This document shows positions 1 to 8,150 of a stretch of DNA of 32,000 nucleotides, piece after piece. Source of the DNA: Planococcus maitriensis (lineage in GTDB: Bacteria; Bacillota; Bacilli; Bacillales_A; Planococcaceae); assembly GCF_003289925.1 (NCBI RefSeq), contig NZ_QLZQ01000002.1, positions 51,282 through 83,281 of the forward strand, in the 5' to 3' direction. The translations under genes were made by a program, and so were the position numbers. The notes under the pieces are model-generated. The model saw only the letters and a list, made by a program, of their open reading frames with translations, searched no databases and was not told the DNA's origin. The stretch's first letter is position 1, and every line of letters starts with the position of its first letter.

Positions 1-2898
1 ATCTTTTTCCGCTTCCGCATAAGCTTTCTGGGAAACCCTTCCATTGGTAGCAGATGACAAGTTGAGCATGGCGTCCGCTACCTGTCGGGCCGTTTGGATT
101 TTTGGCAAGCCATTTTTGATGGACTCATCGAAAAACGTGCCATTGATGTGTTTCAGCTCTTCGTATTCATCGGCAACCGAGAAGCTCACGCCGTGCGCTC
201 CGGTCTTCCCGACCACCAAGTTAGGCCCGAGAGAAATGTATTTGTCATGGATTTTTGTATAATCCCGCTCGACTATGCTGAAGTTTGGCATGGTTTTGCC
301 GGGCTCAGCGTCGATTTCCCCTTTCGTCCAGTCTTTCACGACACCCATCGGCTGGGAAATCTCGCTTTTTGTGTCATGTGCCAGCGGTGTCGTGACGACG
401 TCTTTGTAGACACCAGGCAAATGGGTTTTTGCCATCTCCGAAAACTTCTCGGCGAGCTTGCTATAGATATCCCAATCAGATCGTGATTCCCATAGCGGGT
501 TAACTGCCGGGTTGAACGGGTGAACGAATGGATGCATATCCGTTGATGACAAGTCGGTTTTTTCATACCATGTAGCAGCCGGCAACACAATATCTGCATA
601 AAGCGGCGTCGACGTCATGCGGAAATCCAGAGCCACCATAAGGTCGAGTTTCCCTTCCACGTCTTCACGCCAAACGATTTCTTCGGGTTTTTCCTCGACA
701 TTCGGTTCCGCGAGCAAACCGTCTGAAGCTCCGAGTAAATGCTTCATGAAATATTCCTGGCCTTTTGCCGAGCTGGAGATCAGGTTTGAACGCCAAATGA
801 ACAGTGAACGGGGAAAGTTTTCCGGCGCGCCCGGGTCTTCTACAGAAAACTTGGTTTCCCTGGAAGTGACTTGTTCGACTGCATGGTCAATGATTTCTTT
901 ATTAGACTTCTTGCCTTGTTCTGCTGCTTCTTCTGCGAACAGCAAACTGTTTTTTTCAAACTGCGGATACGACGGCAACCAGCCGAGGCGCGCTGCGAGA
1001 ACATTGTAATCAGCGGGATGCTGATAGCTGACCTCTCCGCTGAGTGCAGACTTCAAGCTGTCAGTGCCGCTTTCTTCATATCTCCATTGTTCAGTCGCAA
1101 AATAGAAGAAAGATGTGGCATTCTGCAGCCTTGCAGGACCTTGCCAATCTTTTGCAAAAGCGATAGTGGACCAGCCTTCGATCGGCCGGCATTTTTCCTG
1201 TCCGACATAATGCGCCCAGCCGCCTCCATTGACACCTTGCGAGGCTGTCAGGACTACGAGGTTCAAAATGGCACGATAGATCGTATCGCTGTTGAACCAG
1301 TGGTTAATCCCGGCACCCATGATAATCATTGAACGGCCATCTGTATCCAGTGAGTTTTGCGCAAATTCACGCGCTATCTGTATCACTACGGAAGCTTTGA
1401 CAGAAGTGATTTTTTCCTGCCATGCAGGTGTGTAATGAGACTCTTCGTCGTAATAATCTTTAGCGTTCAACGGGCTGTCAACACGAGCCACACCGTATTG
1501 GCTCATCATCAAGTCATATACAGTGGAAGCATAGCGTTCTGTTCCATCCGCCAATTTCACTTTTTTAGCTGGAATTGTCCGTTTGAATACGCCATTTCCT
1601 GCATTGTCGAAATAAGGGAAGGCAATTTCGACCCATTCTTCCTGATGTCCTTCTACAGACAAGGCAGGTTCCACGCGAGTGCCATCTTCATTTTCCAAAA
1701 TCAAATTCCATTTTTTATCTTCTTCCCAGCGTTGGCCCATCGTGCCGTTCGGTACCATCAGACGATCCGCCGCTTCGTCAAAAATGACCGGTTTCCACTC
1801 TGCGTGTTCGGAAACGTCCCCCAAATCGCTTGCCCGGAGGAATCGGCCCCCTTTTAAGGTATCTTCATGAGTATCCAATAAAATCATAAAAGGCATATCA
1901 GTGTATTGTTTTGCGTAATTGATGAACATCGGTTCCTGGCGCTTCTGGTAAAACTCGTCCAATATAACGTGAGTCATCGCCTGTGCCAATGCGGCATCAG
2001 TTCCTGGATTCGGAGCGAGCCAATTATCTGCGAACTTGACGTTTTCCGCGAAGTCAGGGGCTACAGAGACTACTTTCGTTCCTTTATAGCGTACTTCGGT
2101 CATAAAATGAGCGTCGGGCGTCCGTGTCATCGGCACGTTTGACCCCCACATCATCAAGTAACCAGCGTTGTACCAATCAGAAGATTCCGGCACATCCGTC
2201 TGTTCGCCCCAGATTTGCGGAGACGCGGGCGGCAAATCTGCGTACCAGTCATAAAAGCTAAGCATCTGTCCGCCGAGCAGCGAGATAAACCGGGCGCCCG
2301 ATGCATAACTGACCATCGACATCGCTGGAATCGGCGTGAATCCGGCAATTCGGTCTGGCCCATATGTCCGGATGGTATAGATCAATTGTGCAGCGATCAA
2401 TTCCAGTGCATCTTCCCAGTTAACCCGGACATGTCCGCCTTTGCCACGTGCAGATTTATAGAACTGGGCTTTTTCCGGATCTTCGACGATACTCGCCCAT
2501 GCTTCGACCGGATTATCATGATTCGCTCGGGCCGCTTTCCACAATCTCCAAAGCCGCCCTCGCATATAAGGATATTTCACACGCAATGGGCTGTATTCAT
2601 ACCATGAGAAAGTAGCGCCCCTCGGACAGCCGCGCGGTTCAAATTCCGGCATATCTGGACCGCAGGAAGGATAGTCGATTTGCTGGTTTTCCCATGTAAT
2701 GATTCCGTTTTTCACGAAGACTTTCCAGCTGCATGAGCCGGTACAATTGACGCCGTGCGTGGTGCGGACTACTTTATCGTGCGACCATCTTTGACGATAC
2801 ATGTTTTCCCAATCCCGGCTTTTTTCTTCAAGGATTGACCAGCTTCCTGAATAACTTTCAATTGGTTTGAAAAAGTTGAAACCATATTTTTTCTTCAT
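1..2898 (-). CDS. narG: Respiratory nitrate reductase alpha subunit NarG, N-terminal 966 codons; the C-terminus lies beyond the left window edge
   Basis: Absent from the ORF track because there is no in-window stop. Manual minus-strand translation from ATG 2898-2896 is stop-free to position 1. It reads MKKKYGFNFFKPIESYSGSW...THGVNCTGSCSWKVFVKNGIITWE (His/Cys FS0 cluster motif)...GAGINHWFNSDTIYR...GVNGGGWAHYVGQEK...FIWRSNLISSSAKGQEYF...LDFRMTSTPLYADIVLPAATWYEKTDLSSTDMHPFVHPF. SD AAGGAGTGG lies 10-13 nt upstream. Confidence 0.93.
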   Translation of the reverse strand, partial: MKKKYGFNFFKPIESYSGSWSILEEKSRDWENMYRQRWSHDKVVRTTHGVNCTGSCSWKVFVKNGIITWENQQIDYPSCGPDMPEFEPRGCPRGATFSWYEYSPLRVKYPYMRGRLWRLWKAARANHDNPVEAWASIVEDPEKAQFYKSARGKGGHVRVNWEDALELIAAQLIYTIRTYGPDRIAGFTPIPAMSMVSYASGARFISLLGGQMLSFYDWYADLPPASPQIWGEQTDVPESSDWYNAGYLMMWGSNVPMTRTPDAHFMTEVRYKGTKVVSVAPDFAENVKFADNWLAPNPGTDAALAQAMTHVILDEFYQKRQEPMFINYAKQYTDMPFMILLDTHEDTLKGGRFLRASDLGDVSEHAEWKPVIFDEAADRLMVPNGTMGQRWEEDKKWNLILENEDGTRVEPALSVEGHQEEWVEIAFPYFDNAGNGVFKRTIPAKKVKLADGTERYASTVYDLMMSQYGVARVDSPLNAKDYYDEESHYTPAWQEKITSVKASVVIQIAREFAQNSLDTDGRSMIIMGAGINHWFNSDTIYRAILNLVVLTASQGVNGGGWAHYVGQEKCRPIEGWSTIAFAKDWQGPARLQNATSFFYFATEQWRYEESGTDSLKSALSGEVSYQHPADYNVLAARLGWLPSYPQFEKNSLLFAEEAAEQGKKSNKEIIDHAVEQVTSRETKFSVEDPGAPENFPRSLFIWRSNLISSSAKGQEYFMKHLLGASDGLLAEPNVEEKPEEIVWREDVEGKLDLMVALDFRMTSTPLYADIVLPAATWYEKTDLSSTDMHPFVHPFNPAVNPLWESRSDWDIYSKLAEKFSEMAKTHLPGVYKDVVTTPLAHDTKSEISQPMGVVKDWTKGEIDAEPGKTMPNFSIVERDYTKIHDKYISLGPNLVVGKTGAHGVSFSVADEYEELKHINGTFFDESIKNGLPKIQTARQVADAMLNLSSATNGRVSQKAYAEAEKD

Positions 2899-3183
2899 GT
2901 GCTTATAACCACTCCTTTTCAGAATGAAAGACATTGCGGGAAACAATTCCATCTCATTCGTATGTCCTTATTATGGATTTCCTGTGTTCAGGTTCCCATT
3001 AGGGAAAGTCCTATTGAATGGTTGGAAAACCCTTGTTCACATGAATGCCGGCACAGCCCAAAGCCCTTATCTGGGATATGGCGGGGCACAAGAGCCTGTG
3101 CAATGAATCATGATGATTCAAGAGTTCACGTTTATTCTGTCACCTATCCATTATTCATGAGCCTAAAATATCGGCAATTAAAA

Positions 3184-3225
3184 CAAAGAAAGCATCCTTC
3201 AACTCGCGAAAAGATGCTTTCTTTG
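3184..3225 (-). terminator. Rho-independent terminator after modC
   Basis: Arms CAAAGAAAGCATC (3184-3196) and GATGCTTTCTTTG (3213-3225) form a 13-bp stem. On the minus strand the stem is followed by TTTTAATT. Confidence 0.6.
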
Positions 3226-3236
3226 ACTGCTTTGTG

Positions 3237-3866
3237 CTATTGCTCTGCCATTTGACCTCTCTCAATCCGGAGGCTTCGATGGGCTAGTTTTTCCGCATCG
3301 CTCTTTCTATGAGTCACGAAAATGACCGGGATCTGCCAACGATCATGGATGCGCAAAAGTTGATGATGGCAACGGTCCCTTGTATCATCGTCCAAGGCTG
3401 AAAAGGGTTCATCCAACAACAGGATATCGGGCTTTGCAACCAATGCCCTGGCTAAGGCCACACGCTGCTTTTCACCGCCTGAAATCTGATGCGGATATTT
3501 AGCCAGGATTTCTTCGATTCCTAATATGTGAATCAGCTCTTTCAGCATAGGGCTATCCCGTTTTCCCTGCATGCTATAAAAGATATTCTGTTCTGCAGTG
3601 AAATGCGGAAACAGGGCATAATCTTGAAACAAGTATCCCACTTTCCGTTTTTGGATCTTTAAAGGTCTTTTACCCTCAGTATAAAATATGCGGCCGTTCA
3701 AGGAGATTTCCCCTTGATCTGGCTGTACAATGCCGGCAATACAATTGAGCAGGGTCGTTTTTCCGGAGCCTGAAGGCCCCGTCAGAGCCATGATCTCGTG
3801 ACCCAGTGTAAAGCTTATGTTCAAATCAAAGTTTTCGAGCCCTTTGCTGAAATCCGCGGCCAACAT
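3237..3866 (-). CDS. modC: Molybdate ABC transporter ATP-binding protein, short form without a C-terminal TOBE/Mop domain
   Basis: Walker A GPSGSGKTT, signature ISGGEKQR, Walker B ILLLDEP and H-loop VTH are present. The ATG at 3866 (MLAADFSK) has SD GGGAG and sits 5 nt after the modB stop. The longer track ORF (to 4163) overlaps modB in another frame. Confidence 0.85.
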   Translation of the reverse strand: MLAADFSKGLENFDLNISFTLGHEIMALTGPSGSGKTTLLNCIAGIVQPDQGEISLNGRIFYTEGKRPLKIQKRKVGYLFQDYALFPHFTAEQNIFYSMQGKRDSPMLKELIHILGIEEILAKYPHQISGGEKQRVALARALVAKPDILLLDEPFSALDDDTRDRCHHQLLRIHDRWQIPVIFVTHRKSDAEKLAHRSLRIERGQMAEQ

Positions 3867-3871
3867 ATCGT

Positions 3872-4558
3872 TCACTCCCTCCCGAATCGAATGCTGCTCT
3901 TTTTCTTCCAATAATTGAGCCAAGAGATTGCAGCCAACCCTACAGAGGTGACGATGACGACCCAAAATGCAGCTTTTTCCATGTTCCCTGCTTCGTAGGC
4001 GAAATAGATGGCGAGCGGAATCGTTTCTGTTTGGCCAGGGATATAGCCGGCAATCATCAATGTGGCGCCAAATTCCCCAAGTCCCCTTGCAAAAGATAAG
4101 ACAAGACCAGCAAAGATGCCTGGCCAGGAAAGCGGGAATGTAATGGTCCTGAATATCCGCCATTCGGACACCCCCATCGTTCGGGCCACATTTTCCCAGC
4201 GGGAATCAACTTTTTCGAAAGCTGCCATCGTGCTTTGGTACATCAACGGCAAAGAGACGATAAACGAGGCAATGACAGCTCCCAGCCAGGTAAAGACAAT
4301 CTGGAGTCCAAACCACTCTTCCAATACAGAACCAAGTGGCCCATTGAGCCCAAATAAATAGATAAGACCGAAACCAATGACAGTTGGGGGCAAGACAAGC
4401 GGCAACAGAATTAGCGCTTCCAGCATGCTTTTACCCCAAAAATCACGGTTACCCATAAAGCGCGCCAGAATCAGGCTGGCGAAAAAAACAAAGAATGTGG
4501 AAATAGCGGCTACTTGAAGCGACAAAGCAAATGGGGACAAATCATAGGGCATTTTCAC
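3872..4558 (-). CDS. modB: Molybdate ABC transporter permease
   Basis: Multi-TM protein with an EAA-type loop FARGLGEFGATLMIAG. The GTG start overlaps the modA stop (GTGA); an ATG two codons downstream (4552) is an alternative start. Confidence 0.85.
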   Translation of the reverse strand: MKMPYDLSPFALSLQVAAISTFFVFFASLILARFMGNRDFWGKSMLEALILLPLVLPPTVIGFGLIYLFGLNGPLGSVLEEWFGLQIVFTWLGAVIASFIVSLPLMYQSTMAAFEKVDSRWENVARTMGVSEWRIFRTITFPLSWPGIFAGLVLSFARGLGEFGATLMIAGYIPGQTETIPLAIYFAYEAGNMEKAAFWVVIVTSVGLAAISWLNYWKKKSSIRFGRE

Positions 4559-5319
4559 GTCTCTCCTTCAACATTCGCAAAGCCATAGTCCTCCAGCAAT
4601 TGCTGTCCATCCTCACTTAAAAGAAACGATATAAAGTATTCCGCGGCTTGCCGGTTATCGGTTTTTTCAAGTATTCCCGCCGGATAAAAAACCTCCTGGC
4701 CGCTCATCGGCACGTCAATCAGTGTTTCTACCTTTTGCGACACTCGCGCATCTGATAAATAGACAAATCCCATTTCGGCATTGCCGCTTTCCACATAACT
4801 CAAAACCTGTTTAGCATCTTTTGCGAAAATCAGTTGATCTTCGATTATGTCCCAGAGATCAAGGTCCAACAGGGCGTTTTTTGTAAAAGTTCCAACCGGC
4901 ACACTAGCTGGCTCTCCAATGGCTATACGCGAAGTCGCGTTTTCCAACGCTTGCCGTAAATCAGTTTCTCCTATCGTTTTTGCTGAAACGAGCACTAAGC
5001 GATTTTCAGCGAAATTAACAATAGTATCTTTTGCTACAAAACTTTCCTTCAACAAAAGATTCATATCTTCGGCACTGGCAGATAAAAACACATCAGCAGG
5101 CGCCCCCTGTTGGATTTGATTCCGAAGCTTGCCGGAAGATCCGTAATTAAACCTCACGTTGATCTCGGGATGGCGATTGTGAAATTCAGTTTCTATCGCG
5201 CTCATGGCGCCAGACAAGCTGCTTGCGGCCGAAACCATGAGTTCTGGCTGATGGTCTGCCGATGTAGCGCTGCACGCTCCCAGCAATACAATAGTCATTA
5301 GCAAAATAGCTTTCTTCAT
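4555..5319 (-). CDS. modA: Molybdate-binding lipoprotein (ABC substrate-binding protein)
   Basis: Signal peptide with lipobox LLGAC, and ModA-type motifs FNYGSSGKL and VFLSAS. SD AAGAGG lies 6 nt upstream. It is the first gene of a modABC operon. Confidence 0.85.
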   Translation of the reverse strand: MKKAILLMTIVLLGACSATSADHQPELMVSAASSLSGAMSAIETEFHNRHPEINVRFNYGSSGKLRNQIQQGAPADVFLSASAEDMNLLLKESFVAKDTIVNFAENRLVLVSAKTIGETDLRQALENATSRIAIGEPASVPVGTFTKNALLDLDLWDIIEDQLIFAKDAKQVLSYVESGNAEMGFVYLSDARVSQKVETLIDVPMSGQEVFYPAGILEKTDNRQAAEYFISFLLSEDGQQLLEDYGFANVEGET

Positions 5320-5399
5320 AATCAGCCTCTTTCAATAAAGGAAGTAATTTTTTTAGCTAAGAGAAACCCCTCAACATGCCAGGATCAACTCTCTCTAAA

Positions 5400-5470
5400 A
5401 AGCTTAAAATGGATAGGAATGAAAACCTATCAGGGACTTCCCTCTTTCGGTGAGGGAATGCCCCTAGCTC
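5400..5470 (-). promoter_or_regulatory. Structured 5' leader of modABC (three-way junction); possible Moco-type riboswitch, identity unverified
   Basis: Minus-strand RNA: GAGCU (5470-5466) pairs with AGCUU (5404-5400), enclosing two hairpins. The long one (5465-5432) has stems AGGGGC/GUCCCU and UUCCCUC/GAGGGAA. The second (5431-5412) is GAUAGG/CCUAUC. The strings UCGAGCU and CCCUGAUAGG loosely recall conserved Moco-motif segments. Confidence 0.3.
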
Positions 5471-5491
5471 GAAAAAATCGGCTTTTTTCCA

Positions 5492-5500
5492 TGCTATACT
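5492..5500 (+). promoter_or_regulatory. Extended -10 promoter element (TGcTATACT) for the hemerythrin-like/SEC-C pair
   Basis: TG at 5492-5493 and TATACT at 5495-5500, 28 nt upstream of the ATG at 5529. No good -35 element. Confidence 0.35.
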
Positions 5501-5528
5501 GAGAAAAAATCAGAGAGGATGAAGCAAA

Positions 5529-5954
5529 ATGTCTGGACCGTCGTTACGTCAACTGCATGCCCATCATGCAATCCATGAAGGTGCTTTATCGGGGGCAATC
5601 GCTAAAACAGAAGAAATGGAAGATCTATTGAGAGCAAAAGAATTCGAAGTGGCCCGACAAGCGGCAGATCATTTAGTGGAATACTGGGAAACCCGCATTA
5701 TCAGCCATGCTGATGCAGAAGAGGAAGGGTTTTACCAAGAGATGCTCGAAAAGGACCCCGGGCTTGAGGAAGTGGTCGAAAAATTAAGCCGTGACCACGA
5801 TTTGCTGCGCATCATCGCGAAGGATATAAAGGAGATGCTCACAGAGAAAGGCTTAACTTATGAAGTCATGCAACAATTCCATGCGCTTCTGGTAGTAAAC
5901 GCCATACATAGCCGTGACGAAGAGCGTCTATTGCTCGAGGAACCGAGCCAATGA
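5529..5954 (+). CDS. Hemerythrin-like (HHE cation-binding) domain protein
   Basis: Repeated His/Glu ligand motifs: HAHHAIHEG, SHADAEEEGFY, SRDHDLL and HSRDEE. SD GAGAGGA upstream. The stop overlaps the next start (ATGA). Confidence 0.6.
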   Translation: MSGPSLRQLHAHHAIHEGALSGAIAKTEEMEDLLRAKEFEVARQAADHLVEYWETRIISHADAEEEGFYQEMLEKDPGLEEVVEKLSRDHDLLRIIAKDIKEMLTEKGLTYEVMQQFHALLVVNAIHSRDEERLLLEEPSQ

Positions 5955-7810
5955 CACAGAGCCCAAGCGAAACAAGGAATATAATCGGCCGAAATGACCC
6001 TTGCCCTTGCGAAAGCGGAAAGAAATACAAAAAATGCTGCGGTCAAGATGAGTCCGGAAAATATTTCGTGTTGGAGCAGAATCAAATCCTGCAGTCGATC
6101 CTGCGGGAGTTTTTCGAGAACCATCCCCGCCCTTCCCAACAGAAAGGCTTACTGGACTGGAAAAACAAAACCGAAGATCTCCTCGTCCCGCTATACGGGG
6201 AAGAGAAGTCGGGAAGCATAATCGGAGATGTATATTTCTTTTCGGAACAGGTCGCGATATGGAATGACTTTATTCAGCAGCATATGAAAAAAGAACAGCG
6301 TCCAACCATCCGAAAAGTTCTCGCCGATTGGCTGGATCCTGCTTTTATAGTCGGGGAAGTTCTTTCTATCACAGAGTACCGCGCACAGATGAAAGATGTT
6401 TTGACCGGTAGACAATACGAAATAGATGTTAATGAATCCTTTCCGGTTGAATCCGGAAACTTTGCGATCGGCTTCTTTTTGCCAGACAATCGTGTAGCTT
6501 CCCATTTTCTGATGGTGCTCAATAGTGTAACGATTTCAGCAGAAGTCAAACCAGAGACTGTTGAAAAATTAAAGCAGATGCAGCGTTCTTCTGAAGCGGA
6601 GACAGCAGAGAATTTCTATCGCCAAAATATGATTGCCATTTACCAAATGTTCAGTAGCGGGCTTCTCGCCAATCAGGAATTCGATACTGAAGTCATAGAG
6701 ACCGTGAAGAAACTAGAGCTATTCCTGATTGAAGAAGATGAAAAAAGCGAAGTGCTGATGGAAACATTCTTCCACTATTTGGCCAAACTCCCTCAAGTGC
6801 CTCCCTATGCGCTTGCAGGTGCAGTGCATTTCGGAGTCAAGCAGCAATTGTTGAAACTTTCTTGGCCACTTGAAAAAATAGCGGATTCATTCGATGCAAT
6901 TCAAGGTGAAATCGATACCTTTGCAGAAGAGTTACAGCTTTTCTATAAAACTGCGGATGGACATGAAGAAAAAGAGGCAGCGTATGCGTTTGAAGTCGGC
7001 ACCAATCCAAAGGCCACCGAAGCTCAAAACTGGCAAATCTTCATGCATTTGAAAAACGACAGCATTGCTAGCGAAGCTGCATTAAAGCGCAAGATGGAAT
7101 TCTATCGGACACAAGCTTATGAACCGAAGTCTGCGGCTGAACAAGCGCAACTTCTTGCTTACGAGCTTTATGCAGAAAATAACTTTAAGTTGCCCATCGA
7201 AAAAATAAAACAAATCCAACAGCTTGACCCCCGTTTGGCGGATGGTTTGCTGCTTGCAGCAGAAGCACAAAACGATCCTGTGGCGAAAGAGAGATTATTA
7301 AAAGAAGCTGTCGAGAATGGGCAATCAGCATACGAACCTGAAATGGAAATCTCATGGTTATACATTCCTAACCGGCCGTTTTTGCGGGCAGTCTTTTCGC
7401 GGGGTGTCTATTACTTCGAACAACAGAAGCTGGAAAAGGCCTTTACGGAATTCGAGAAATTACTGCATTTGAATTCAGGGGACCATCAAGGTGCTCGTTA
7501 TTTGGCTATTGCCTCCTTGATCGGGTTAAACAGGTTTGAACAAGCAGAAAGCTTGATCAAGCATTATGAAAAAGATTACTCCGATAATGCTTTTTATGCT
7601 TGGTTCAAGTGGTCCATACAGCGCCGCAAAAATTTGCACGCCCCATCCACGCAAGAGCTGTATATGAAAGCTTTGGACCAAAATCCTTACGTAAAAAAAT
7701 ATATCGACAAACGCCCTGCCGCGGAAGCTTATCCGAAAAAAATGGCCATAACGCCCCGCTCACCCGAAGAAGCGCGCTTGATATGGACATTTTTAGCCCC
7801 GACATTGTGA
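5951..7810 (+). CDS. SEC-C metal-binding motif protein with a C-terminal TPR-like region
   Basis: N-terminal GRNDPCPCESGKKYKKCCG is a SEC-C Zn-finger motif. The C-terminal helical repeats (EKAFTEFEKLLHLNSGDHQGARYLAIASLIGLNRFEQAESLI) are TPR-like. The gene is translationally coupled to 5529-5954. Confidence 0.7.
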   Translation: MTQSPSETRNIIGRNDPCPCESGKKYKKCCGQDESGKYFVLEQNQILQSILREFFENHPRPSQQKGLLDWKNKTEDLLVPLYGEEKSGSIIGDVYFFSEQVAIWNDFIQQHMKKEQRPTIRKVLADWLDPAFIVGEVLSITEYRAQMKDVLTGRQYEIDVNESFPVESGNFAIGFFLPDNRVASHFLMVLNSVTISAEVKPETVEKLKQMQRSSEAETAENFYRQNMIAIYQMFSSGLLANQEFDTEVIETVKKLELFLIEEDEKSEVLMETFFHYLAKLPQVPPYALAGAVHFGVKQQLLKLSWPLEKIADSFDAIQGEIDTFAEELQLFYKTADGHEEKEAAYAFEVGTNPKATEAQNWQIFMHLKNDSIASEAALKRKMEFYRTQAYEPKSAAEQAQLLAYELYAENNFKLPIEKIKQIQQLDPRLADGLLLAAEAQNDPVAKERLLKEAVENGQSAYEPEMEISWLYIPNRPFLRAVFSRGVYYFEQQKLEKAFTEFEKLLHLNSGDHQGARYLAIASLIGLNRFEQAESLIKHYEKDYSDNAFYAWFKWSIQRRKNLHAPSTQELYMKALDQNPYVKKYIDKRPAAEAYPKKMAITPRSPEEARLIWTFLAPTL

Positions 7811-7822
7811 GGGGTTAAAAAG

Positions 7823-7874
7823 CCCAAATGGAAAGACCCGGATCTCTCGAGAGATCCGGGTCTTTCCATTTGGG
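7823..7874. terminator. Perfect 52-bp palindrome (26+26) between convergent genes; terminator, at least for the minus-strand gene
   Basis: CCCAAATGGAAAGACCCGGATCTCTC and GAGAGATCCGGGTCTTTCCATTTGGG are exact reverse complements. On the minus strand the stem is followed by CTTTTT. It begins 2 nt after the stop at 7877. Confidence 0.75.
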
Positions 7875-7876
7875 AC

Positions 7877-8119
7877 TTAACTATTGATGGAATTGCTTTG
7901 CCGATCGTCTTTGGCTGTTTCAAAATTACCTTCCCCGACGCGACGGCGTATCTCTTCTTCCGACAGCTTTTCTCCCACAGCACCTGTTGGAAGATCGTTG
8001 GCACCTTCATCCACTTCCACCCGTTCGACCCTGGCAAAACCTGCATTTGTCCGGCGTCCGATTTCTTCGCGTTCACTCCGGCTCGTGTATCTTTCTTCTG
8101 GTTTGTTGTCAATTCCCAT
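7877..8119 (-). CDS. Small hydrophilic protein (80 aa), probably stress-related; function unknown
   Basis: Strong SD TAGGAGGG 7 nt before the ATG at 8119. A sigma-B-like promoter lies directly upstream and a terminator directly downstream. The protein is rich in E, R, D and G and has no TM segment. Competing ORFs in other frames lack an SD. Confidence 0.6.
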   Translation of the reverse strand: MGIDNKPEERYTSRSEREEIGRRTNAGFARVERVEVDEGANDLPTGAVGEKLSEEEIRRRVGEGNFETAKDDRQSNSINS

Positions 8120-8150
8120 TTCAAGCCCTCCTACAACTGTTTTATAAAGA

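Noticed and set aside
2899-3255. 118-aa and 60-aa plus-strand ORFs in the nar-mod intergenic region
   Set aside because: They have no SD and run across the modC terminator. The region is the narG promoter and leader.
3867-4163. N-terminal 99-codon extension of the modC ORF
   Set aside because: It overlaps modB in another frame and has an implausible sequence (rich in C, W, R and H). An internal ATG at 3866 has an SD and sits just after the modB stop.
7729-8124. 131-aa minus-strand ORF and the 87-, 125- and 61-aa plus-strand ORFs overlapping the small gene
   Set aside because: The 131-aa ORF reads through the 52-bp palindromic terminator and into the convergent SEC-C gene. None of these ORFs has an SD. 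The 80-aa frame does have an SD, a promoter and a terminator.
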